DNA from: Acidimicrobiia bacterium | GTDB taxonomy: Bacteria > Actinomycetota > Acidimicrobiia > Actinomarinales > Actinomarinaceae | Reading direction: 5' to 3' | Length of the DNA stretch: 64,000 bases | Assembly (NCBI GenBank): GCA_028376655.1 | Contig: JAONAZ010000001.1 | Coordinates: 40,784 to 104,783 of the forward strand | Shown here: positions 31,252 through 39,713 of the stretch, piece by piece | Numbering within the stretch: position 1 is the stretch's first letter | Layout: each line of letters starts with the position of its first letter | Program-made: the position numbers and the translations under genes | The notes under the pieces: model-generated | Database searches by the model: none | The model's input: only the letters and a program-made list of their open reading frames with translations | What the model was told of the DNA's origin: nothing

Positions 31252-31998
31252 TCATCTTAATTTAAAGTAGAAATATTTAATAACTCTAAAAATTAAGAAC
31301 AATACTTGATCTAAAAATGTATCGATTACCTCGTTTTTTTTTCTAAACTTTTTATAATTTTTAGATACTTTTAACATTAACAACCCTTCGAATGCTCTCG
31401 GAAGTTTAAATTTATCTAGTCTTAGTCTTGTGTGGAAAATGTCATATCTTAAGTCTGATGGTCGAGGGTAGGAGATAACATCATTTCTTTCAAAGTTAGT
31501 GAATGTTACATTTTGATCCTCCAATAATCTTGATATCGCTATGTCATCAATAAGAGAATGGTCCCATTTATCTTTGTTTTCCAAAATAAGATTTAAGATA
31601 CTTTTATCAATCATATACGCTGCACCAGAGATAAATTTTGATTTATCTTGCTCACCAATATGACCTCCACAAAAGTTATCTGAACTAAGGGATTCAACTA
31701 ATTTTTCTAATGCAATTGAATCTATGTAGGATGAATTATTAGTTCTTAGTATATAATCAAAGTCATAGTTTTGATTTACATACTCAAAAGCCTCTAGAGT
31801 TCTCCTACCCATATCTACAAATTTCGTTGATGATTTTAAGTATAAATTATTTTTTTCAACGTGTGACTTGTGGGAACCTCCAAAATAGAACAAAACTGGA
31901 TACTTTGACTGTCGAACCCACGAAGCTTTTTGAAAAATTTGATTCAAATAAGATGGATAGGTTTTGGATGATACAACTAGTATTAATACATTTTTCAT
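31252..31998 (-). CDS. hypothetical protein (glycan locus)
   Basis: 248-aa ORF. No motif recognised. Confidence 0.35.
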   Translation of the reverse strand: MKNVLILVVSSKTYPSYLNQIFQKASWVRQSKYPVLFYFGGSHKSHVEKNNLYLKSSTKFVDMGRRTLEAFEYVNQNYDFDYILRTNNSSYIDSIALEKLVESLSSDNFCGGHIGEQDKSKFISGAAYMIDKSILNLILENKDKWDHSLIDDIAISRLLEDQNVTFTNFERNDVISYPRPSDLRYDIFHTRLRLDKFKLPRAFEGLLMLKVSKNYKKFRKKNEVIDTFLDQVLFLIFRVIKYFYFKLR

Positions 31999-32221
31999 TT
32001 TTTTACTTTTGTGGTACTTCTAAATATTTTATATCCTAAAGAGACTCTCTCTTTTAAGTCAGAATTAGATTTGCAAATCTTCATCACAATTTTACCTATA
32101 CCCTCTCAGAGATAAAAAAATACAATAAAATAAAGGGAGGTGCTATGTTGTTCATTAATTTAATATCTCTCATCTGCTTTAATTAACTAAATTATTTCAG
32201 ATGTCCTAATCTGAAGTTTAA

Positions 32222-33832
32222 TTACTCAATTAATCTCTTATCGTCTTTAATCTTAATTTTTATATGATTATCAACAGTTCTAAAATCATCTGCATTGTGA
32301 GTAGCATTTAAAATAGTAAGGCTCGATTTGGATAAGATATCAAATATTAAGTTTTTAGAATTTATATCTAGATTTGATGTAGATTCATCCAACAATAAAA
32401 TTTCAACATCACCGAGTAGGGATCTAATGAATGATATTTTTTGTAATTGACCTGAAGATAATGTTTTATTTGAAATATGTTTTTCTAAATCCATATTGTT
32501 TTTTTCATTAAATAATCCAAAATCTTCAAGATACTTGTTTAACACATCATCCGATATGTTTTTGGTATTTCCATATAGTAAGTTATCTTTGAGAGAGCCG
32601 GCGATAATTAATGGGGTTACCCCTACATATCCAAACTTGCTGGAAAAACTGCTCACTGTTCCATCTTCAGGGTAAATAAGACCTGAACATAAACCCAGAA
32701 GAGTACTTTTACCAGAACCATTGGGGCCAGTTATAACATTGTGTGTATTTTTTTTAATCTCTAAACTTAAATCCTCGAATATATAATTTTCAGCATTGTA
32801 ATATTTGAAACTTAGATTTTTAATACTTATGGCTGACTCATTTTTAGTATTAACAGAAAAATTTCCCTTAAAGTTATTCGTACTATTTTCAGTTATCTCA
32901 TAAAGTTTTTTTATAACTACATGATTATTACTGACAAGCATAATGTTCTTGTTAACCTTACTAAATTCTTGGAAAAGCCTTATCAAAACTCCAATAAAAT
33001 CAAGAGTTAATATTTTAGCAAAATTAAAAAAAGCTAAGAGAATAGATAAGAGTAGTAAAGTAGCAAATTGTGGAAAACTTGTAGTTAAAGTTCCTACTTT
33101 TTGGGAGTCTAAATGTGCTCGATAGTAGATTTTTAACACTGACCTGAAATTTGCTATTTCATCATTAACTTTTTTTAGTAACTTTATTAAAAATATATTT
33201 TCTAGTATTTTTTGTAATTGAGAATTATACTCACGGGCAGCTTCCCAATCAACATGAGTATATGTTCTTCCACGTTTTGTAAAAAATTTAGTTGGTAAAT
33301 ACAATATCGCTGCTCCGCCAACAATTATTATCAAGGATTGTGTGTCAGAATATATCAAATATCCAGAATACAAAAATAACTGTATAAGGCTCGCGATCAA
33401 TCCCGTAAGGCTGTGATAAAAAGCTCCGACAGATAGTGCAAATGAGTTTAGGAAATGAAAAGCATCTCCCATGGAAAAGTTGGTTTTATCGAATATTTCT
33501 TCAAGTAAATAGACTCTCAAATTTTCTTCAATCTGAAATTTAAGTTTATAAGAGTTGAGAATATCAAGATATGAAAACAAAAATCTAGATACAACTACTG
33601 CAGGTAGTAAAAATAGATTATTGACAAAAAAGTTAACCACAAAATTATTGTTTGAAATATCATCTTGAAAAAGTGAGGCAATCGTAACAATGATAATTAA
33701 ATCACTTCCAAATGATGCAAACAACAATATTACAGAAAGAAGTACTCTTCCTTTTTTATTTTTGGTACCTGTCAATTTTGAGACGTACATTATATCTCTA
33801 ATAAAAGTTTTAAATTGTGATAACAATTCCAT
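32222..33832 (-). CDS. fused permease/ATPase ABC exporter (MsbA/PglK/Wzk-like), likely lipid-linked glycan flippase/exporter
   Basis: N-terminal 6-TM domain, then Walker A ITGPNGSGKSTLLGL, ABC signature LSSGQLQKISFIRSL and Walker B ILLLDESTSNLD. Confidence 0.8.
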   Translation of the reverse strand: MELLSQFKTFIRDIMYVSKLTGTKNKKGRVLLSVILLFASFGSDLIIIVTIASLFQDDISNNNFVVNFFVNNLFLLPAVVVSRFLFSYLDILNSYKLKFQIEENLRVYLLEEIFDKTNFSMGDAFHFLNSFALSVGAFYHSLTGLIASLIQLFLYSGYLIYSDTQSLIIIVGGAAILYLPTKFFTKRGRTYTHVDWEAAREYNSQLQKILENIFLIKLLKKVNDEIANFRSVLKIYYRAHLDSQKVGTLTTSFPQFATLLLLSILLAFFNFAKILTLDFIGVLIRLFQEFSKVNKNIMLVSNNHVVIKKLYEITENSTNNFKGNFSVNTKNESAISIKNLSFKYYNAENYIFEDLSLEIKKNTHNVITGPNGSGKSTLLGLCSGLIYPEDGTVSSFSSKFGYVGVTPLIIAGSLKDNLLYGNTKNISDDVLNKYLEDFGLFNEKNNMDLEKHISNKTLSSGQLQKISFIRSLLGDVEILLLDESTSNLDINSKNLIFDILSKSSLTILNATHNADDFRTVDNHIKIKIKDDKRLIE

Positions 33833-33867
33833 CCTTTATATATTTTGATTCATGCTTTCAGAAGTCC

Positions 33868-34599
33868 TTAGGACTGACCTAACAAACTATAGAATTTTTT
33901 AATACTTTTTCTTATTGTAATTGGCAAAATATAGTAATAAGCCTTAATTAATTTTTTAATTTTTTTATGACTAAGGAACTTTAGAAATTCTGCAATAATT
34001 TTTGATTTAATTATCCTTGGCTTGTTCATAAAAAAATAAAGTAAATAATCTTTCTTTTCTATTCTTTTATTCCACTTTCTTCCATAAAGATACCTCAATA
34101 CTTTAGTAGGTTCGTTCGGGATTTTTATTTTTATATTATTAAAAAGCGAATCAGTAAAAGGAAGGATGGTATTTTTGGTCATATACATCCATTGCTTTTT
34201 ATCTTCTTGGTATGGACCACCTATAGACTTAAGTAACACTTTTTGCTTAGGTGTTAATTCGTAAAAATAAAAATCTATTAAGCACACCTTATCCTTATTG
34301 TTAAATTCAGCTTGGATAAAATATTCACCTGAATTCACAGGCTTATTTAAATCTAATTTAAGATCAGATTTTAGAAGTAGAGTTATTATCTTTTGCTTAT
34401 TTTTGTAATCTACTAAAAAATCAATATCATCATCATTTTTTAATAAAGAATTATCTCTTATGATCCCCAGAAGTGTTCCAAAAAATATTGAATATTCAAC
34501 ATCTTTTATTATTTCAATAACATAATCAAATGCATTATTTAGCGTTGCATCATCGATTGGTTTTTTGTTATCCAGCTTAAGGTCATCAAATTTTTTCAT
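33868..34599 (-). CDS. LicD-family phospho-group (phosphocholine/phosphonate) transferase
   Basis: FFGTLLGIIRDNSLLKNDDDIDFLV matches the LicD/fukutin-type nucleotidyltransferase-fold motif (GTLLG...DDDxD). Confidence 0.55.
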   Translation of the reverse strand: MKKFDDLKLDNKKPIDDATLNNAFDYVIEIIKDVEYSIFFGTLLGIIRDNSLLKNDDDIDFLVDYKNKQKIITLLLKSDLKLDLNKPVNSGEYFIQAEFNNKDKVCLIDFYFYELTPKQKVLLKSIGGPYQEDKKQWMYMTKNTILPFTDSLFNNIKIKIPNEPTKVLRYLYGRKWNKRIEKKDYLLYFFMNKPRIIKSKIIAEFLKFLSHKKIKKLIKAYYYILPITIRKSIKKFYSLLGQS

Positions 34600-34615
34600 A
34601 ATTTGTTACCTATTC

Positions 34616-35680
34616 TTATATAAATTTCTTCAGAGATGATTTTATTATACTTTCAATATCCCCTTTTGTGGGAGTAACTATAAAGTTATCAAGTCTACTG
34701 TTCATAAATACTTCATTAATTATTTGTTCAAGGCTAAAATCTGTAAAGTATGATTTATAAATTTCCTGGAGACCAAAATTATTAACTATATTTAGTATTG
34801 CTTTAACTTCAACTTCTAAGGCTTCAATAAATATTTCTTTTTCGAAATAATTATTTATTGAATTTAAGGTGAAAGCACACGCAAGACCGTGGGGTAGGTT
34901 AAATTTGTTTGTCAACGGATAAGATATTGCATGAGAAAGAGAAGTCCTAGTTATATTTATAGCCTGACCTGCAAGATTTGAAGCTTCTAATAATTTATTT
35001 CTTGATATTACTGAATATGTCCCATTAAGATTTAGCTCAAATGATTCAATTAAAAGAGATAAAGATTTCTTACAAAGAGATAGTGATTCATTTGTTTTAT
35101 TCTTGCTCCATAAACTATCGAGACAATGAGAAATACAATCAAGCATCGTCGGGATTAAAATATGATCAGGTAAAGAATTTATAAAACTTGGAACAAGATA
35201 AACAACTTCTGGAAGCATTATTATATTTTCAAAAGATTCTTTATTTTTGGTTTCTTTATTCCAAATCGTGGAAAAGCAAGTACTTTCAGCACCTGTTCCT
35301 GCCGTTGTTGGTATGGCAATATTGAATATTTTTGAAGAATAAATTTGATTTAACTCATGCACCGAAGATATCTTCTGATTAGCGTCACTAGCCATACAGT
35401 ATATTTTTGCTAAATCTAATACACTTCCACCACCAAGAGAAATTACCAAATCATGTTTTGTATTTTGATACAGATTTAAGACTTGATTAATTAATTCATA
35501 ATCTGGATATCTTTCTACTAAAAAAATATCAGATGGTTTTATTTGCTCCGAAAACTGGCTTATATAACTTCTCTCATGATTACCTGGACTTGTTATAAGC
35601 AAAATATTTTTTGATTCTTTAATCTTATTGCTGTGTAATAAGTGTTGAGAATGTTTTTTTTTAACTATTACTTGATTCAC
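34616..35680 (-). CDS. iron-containing (group III) alcohol dehydrogenase; putative phosphonoacetaldehyde reductase giving 2-hydroxyethylphosphonate
   Basis: LGGGSVLDLAKIY is the Fe-ADH GGGSxxDxAK motif, with a His-rich metal site later (HCLDSLW...HAISYPLT). It overlaps the ppd stop by 20 bp in the same operon. Confidence 0.6.
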   Translation of the reverse strand: MNQVIVKKKHSQHLLHSNKIKESKNILLITSPGNHERSYISQFSEQIKPSDIFLVERYPDYELINQVLNLYQNTKHDLVISLGGGSVLDLAKIYCMASDANQKISSVHELNQIYSSKIFNIAIPTTAGTGAESTCFSTIWNKETKNKESFENIIMLPEVVYLVPSFINSLPDHILIPTMLDCISHCLDSLWSKNKTNESLSLCKKSLSLLIESFELNLNGTYSVISRNKLLEASNLAGQAINITRTSLSHAISYPLTNKFNLPHGLACAFTLNSINNYFEKEIFIEALEVEVKAILNIVNNFGLQEIYKSYFTDFSLEQIINEVFMNSRLDNFIVTPTKGDIESIIKSSLKKFI

Positions 35681-36785
35681 TATTGACCTTTTTAATAAAG
35701 TTTTCTTTATTTTCTATAGGGGAATTTTTAGGACGTGGAAGATTTGATTCTGAATAATTTTGTACCTCGATTTCTATATATGTTGGTCCATTATTTGTAT
35801 CGAAGCTTGAGTCAGTTAAATCTTTAAGATTATTAAATGTAAATATATTTTCATAGCCAAAAGAGCTAAACAGTTTTTTTCTGTCAATAGAATTATATAC
35901 GTTCGGCTGTCCTCCAACAGATTCATGAGCTGAGTTATTAAAAACAATATGAAAAAAATTCTTCATCTTCTCTGTACCAATAATTCCTTGGTGACCCATA
36001 TGCATGAGAATCGATCCATCACCATCCAAACAAACAATGTTTTTATTGCTTAAAGTTTTAGCAAGACCAAAAGATATAGCAGAAGCATGACCCATCCCAC
36101 CTACGGTATAAAAATCATCTTCACTGAGATCTTGATCTACTCTAAACTGATAAAGCTCTCTAGAAAGTTTGCCAGTAGTAGAAATAAAAATTGTTTCAGT
36201 ACTAAATTTTTTGACAATACCTTCTAACGCTTTTTTTCTCGTAGGAAGATTTTTATTATTCTGAAATTTTCTTTGATCTTTTTCAAATGTATCTTTCCTT
36301 ACTACCAATGCAGATGGATTATTTGTTTTAATATTGATGCTTAAGTATTCATGTACTTCTTCTAAAGTGGTATTTTTATCAATTACTTTATAGTCTATTT
36401 GGAGTAATTCCAGAAGTTTTAGAGTAATTTTACCTTGAAATTGGTGTTGAGGTTCATCTTTAAAACCCGGTTCCCCTCTCCATCCTACTAGTAAAACAAA
36501 AGGGATATTGTAAACCTCACTGTTTAAAAGCGATGTATACGGATTAATAAAATTACCTAAACCAGAATTTTGCATATAAATCAGTGGGATTTTACCTGTT
36601 CCGAGACTGTAACCCATACAAATTCCTAATGCACTACCTTCATTAGTTGAAATTATGTGATTTTTATCATTAAAGTCAAAATGTAAAGATTTACTAAACT
36701 CAGACATTAGTGAATCTGGAACACCTGTGAAAAAGTCAATACCTAAACTTTGTAGTGAGTTAATAAAATTTTTAGCTTTCAGCAT
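35661..36785 (-). CDS. ppd: phosphonopyruvate decarboxylase (TPP-dependent)
   Basis: CLDGDGSILMHMGHQGIIG...FNNSAHESVGGQP is the GDG-X24-NN TPP-binding motif. Its 374-aa length matches Ppd/AepY. It lies directly downstream of the PEP mutase. Confidence 0.7.
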   Translation of the reverse strand: MLKAKNFINSLQSLGIDFFTGVPDSLMSEFSKSLHFDFNDKNHIISTNEGSALGICMGYSLGTGKIPLIYMQNSGLGNFINPYTSLLNSEVYNIPFVLLVGWRGEPGFKDEPQHQFQGKITLKLLELLQIDYKVIDKNTTLEEVHEYLSINIKTNNPSALVVRKDTFEKDQRKFQNNKNLPTRKKALEGIVKKFSTETIFISTTGKLSRELYQFRVDQDLSEDDFYTVGGMGHASAISFGLAKTLSNKNIVCLDGDGSILMHMGHQGIIGTEKMKNFFHIVFNNSAHESVGGQPNVYNSIDRKKLFSSFGYENIFTFNNLKDLTDSSFDTNNGPTYIEIEVQNYSESNLPRPKNSPIENKENFIKKVNSESSNS

Positions 36786-36789
36786 TTTT

Positions 36790-38085
36790 TTAAGAAATAT
36801 CGGTGAAGTTGATAATGTCTTTTATACTCATTAAATTTTTCTCAATTTCTTGAGTTCTTCCATTTTTAAGGATACTTTGAGCTGTGTTTACCATTGCTGG
36901 GTATGCACTTCGAAGAAGATGGTTCGCATAGATAACTACATCTACTCCTATCTGCTTGAATTCACTTAATGAAACATGGTTAAAGGTTGTTGGAACAACA
37001 ACAATTGGTGCTGAATGTTTATCTCTATATTTTTTTACAAACTCAAAAATTTCTTCTTCAGATTCACTTTTACTATGGATAAGAATTCCTCCAGCACCTG
37101 CACCTAAGTAAGCATCTGCTCTAGATAAAGCATCATTCATTCCTTGATTCAAAATTAAGCTTTCAATTCGAGCAATAATAAGAAAATCATTAGTCCTTTT
37201 GGCATTATTACCTGCTCTTATCTTCTCTGAGAAATTCTCAATACTATCTTGTTTTTGATTTGCAGTATCACCGAATAAAGAATTCTTTTTTAAACCCACT
37301 TTATCCTCAATAACTACAGCCGAAACACCAATTCTTTCTAAATTTTTAACAGTATATATAAAGTGTTCAGACTTACCTCCTGTATCTCCATCATAAATAA
37401 TTGGCTTTGAAGTTACTTCTATAATTTCATTAATAGTATTTATTCTTGAAGTTGTATCCACTGCTTCAATATCGGGTTTACCCTTTGCTGTTGAATCCGT
37501 GAGACTACTAGCCCACATTCCATCAAATTCATACTCAACTCCTGAGTCTATAACTCTTGTATTTTCAATAACAATACCTGATAATGCATTGTGGATATCT
37601 AAAAAAATAAGAGTATCTTTATTGTTGATAGCTTTAACTAAAGATTGTCGCCTTTCGTCTGTTGTTAGATTTTTTTTAACTTTTGATTTATATATTGATG
37701 AAGAGACACCTTCGGTATAGGGTATTTCTATAAGCTCACCATCCCATTCTTGTAATACTTTTATCACTTTTTCTCTAATATCCTTTTGAATACCTGTTTT
37801 CCAGTCATCCCCATGCACCACAATACTGGGTTTTAATTTTCTTAAATTTTCTGTATAATCATGGGTTTCTTGTGGAACAACTTCTGAAACATATTTAATA
37901 CCGGCAATTACACTTTTCCTGTCTTCAAAAGCCATAATTGGCATTTTTTTATAAGTTGAAATAGCATGATCAGTTAACAAACCAACGGTTACTTTCCCTA
38001 ATTTGCTTGCTTCTCGTAATATATTCATATGTCCCGAATGTAAAATATCTGCACTCATTCCAACATAAACATTTGAATTCAACAT
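36790..38085 (-). CDS. ppm: phosphoenolpyruvate phosphomutase with an N-terminal HxGH cytidylyltransferase domain (AepX-like)
   Basis: The C-terminal two-thirds carry the Ppm-specific EDKX5NS motif (IEDKVGLKKNS), DGDTGGK and IHNALSGIVIE. The N-terminal ~130 aa (VYVGMSADILHSGHMNILREASKLG...VVHGDDW) match TagD-type CTP-transferase HxGH/GDDW motifs. The 431-aa length equals fused AepX-type enzymes. Confidence 0.85.
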   Translation of the reverse strand: MLNSNVYVGMSADILHSGHMNILREASKLGKVTVGLLTDHAISTYKKMPIMAFEDRKSVIAGIKYVSEVVPQETHDYTENLRKLKPSIVVHGDDWKTGIQKDIREKVIKVLQEWDGELIEIPYTEGVSSSIYKSKVKKNLTTDERRQSLVKAINNKDTLIFLDIHNALSGIVIENTRVIDSGVEYEFDGMWASSLTDSTAKGKPDIEAVDTTSRINTINEIIEVTSKPIIYDGDTGGKSEHFIYTVKNLERIGVSAVVIEDKVGLKKNSLFGDTANQKQDSIENFSEKIRAGNNAKRTNDFLIIARIESLILNQGMNDALSRADAYLGAGAGGILIHSKSESEEEIFEFVKKYRDKHSAPIVVVPTTFNHVSLSEFKQIGVDVVIYANHLLRSAYPAMVNTAQSILKNGRTQEIEKNLMSIKDIINFTDIS

Positions 38086-38169
38086 GTTCTAATCATACCT
38101 TTAATTATTTATAAATTATTAGCTAGTTAAAACCTTTACTAATCTATCTAAATTTTAAATCATTTAAGA

Positions 38170-38718
38170 TTGTTATTAATAATGAAAAATAAAATTAGAA
38201 ATTCTATAAAATCTTCTGCTGAGGGAGACTACATTTACTTAATTGCTTTTCTATTTCTTTTGTTGTCACAAAATTTTTTCTTAATCAGCTTAGCTATTAT
38301 AAGTATTGAGTTGATTATAATTTCCTTAAATAATTCATTCAAAATTACAGTAGCTACATACCCGAATATGAAAACTTCAATAGCTAGATTTTACAAAAAT
38401 AATCAACTCATATTTATTATTTTTGTAGTTGTTTGTTTCTTAATAAATCTGGAACTGTTTAGTTCTTTTTATTCTTTTTTCTTAATTTCTTTTTTTGCAA
38501 ATATTTTAAGGGTTGTTTTACTACCACATAAAATTTACTTTTATAAGCTAGACAAGTTAAAACAATTATTGCTGGTTGAGAGTTCTTTTTTTCTTTTTTT
38601 TATTTATTTTTATTTATTTCAGACTTCCCTTAATATTTTTTTATTAATACCACTAACCTTATCCATTAGAAATATTTCATACTTTATTTTTGTTAAGTTA
38701 AAATTCTATGATCAATAA
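38170..38718 (+). CDS. small hydrophobic membrane protein (hypothetical)
   Basis: 182-aa ORF, strongly hydrophobic, divergent from the ppm operon. Could be spurious in this AT-rich intergenic-like region. Confidence 0.3.
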   Translation: MLLIMKNKIRNSIKSSAEGDYIYLIAFLFLLLSQNFFLISLAIISIELIIISLNNSFKITVATYPNMKTSIARFYKNNQLIFIIFVVVCFLINLELFSSFYSFFLISFFANILRVVLLPHKIYFYKLDKLKQLLLVESSFFLFFIYFYLFQTSLNIFLLIPLTLSIRNISYFIFVKLKFYDQ

Positions 38719-39666
38719 CCTTGGTAATTACTGACTGCAACCTTTATATTTAATTTCTGAAACAATTCTTGTCCTCTTTCTGTCGAGTTCAACCTATTAA
38801 TGTAGTCACCGCGGTAACTTAAAGTTTTGTTAAAGTAGTGGTCATTCATAAAAGTAGAAAATTTAGATAAATCAATTTTGTCATTATTAGTAGTTATGTC
38901 AAAAAGTTGATTATCATGCATGTCTCCAGTTATTAATGATAAACTCGTATCAATTTTTTTATCTTGATGAGACTTGAAAGTAAAATACTCATAGAGGCTT
39001 TGCTCGCTTCCATTTATAAAGTAACTTACTGGTTTTTCGTGAACCTTTTGTAAGTAATCAATCATATTTTTGTAAAGATTTGTATCAATGAACCAAAAGT
39101 CATTCATCCTAATATTGATATTATAAATTGGATCGTGTTTTTTTAAACTCCACCCAAATAAATTTTTAAATAAATGATGATACCTAACACCTTTTATCCC
39201 CGTACCTATAAGAAGTGTGGGCTTTAAAGAATTTTCATTAAGAAATTCTAAAATATCAAAGCTTTTTAATACCAAACTTTCCGAATCCATACACCAGACA
39301 TTTTTAAATCCTTCATTTTGAAGCCTAAGAAGGGAATATGTTCTTTTAAGGGCAACATAATCTCTGTGTTCACCTGCCCCCCCAAAATACAGATAACTGA
39401 TTTTTGGGTTTTAAAACATTGTCTAAATCTTCAATATATTCTAAATTTGCATTTGGAACTATGTTTTCCATTGACAGTGTATTCAAATTTAGATTTGATC
39501 TTACACCTTTTAGGAATTCTTCCTCTTCCTTCCTGCTGTCTAAGACTATGTATATAGGGATGTGTAAAATATTTTCAACTAGTTGTTCAAGAGACATTAG
39601 AAGTTTATACACATACCTATAGTGTGCTGGAATTGTTTGTATATGAATGCAAAAATTGTTTTTCAT
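38712..39666 (-). pseudogene. glycan-locus gene split into two ORFs (39666..39370 and 39290..38712) by a C7 homopolymer; removing one C gives a continuous ~315-aa protein
   Basis: Manual translation: the upstream ORF ends ...LSVFWGGR* immediately after the G7 (C7 on +) run at 39377..39383. In the -1 frame the sequence reads FWGAGEHRDYVALKRTYSLLRLQNEGFKNVWCMDSESLV... straight into the downstream ORF. Confidence 0.55.
39377..39383. repeat. C7/G7 homopolymeric tract inside a coding sequence; candidate slipped-strand phase-variation site or frameshift
   Basis: cacctgCCCCCCCaaaatac seen directly. A 7-nt G/C run is conspicuous in this ~30% GC sequence. Confidence 0.9.
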
Positions 39667-39713
39667 TTTCCTATATTAAAAGAACAAAAAATTTGTAAAT
39701 ATTTAAAATAATA

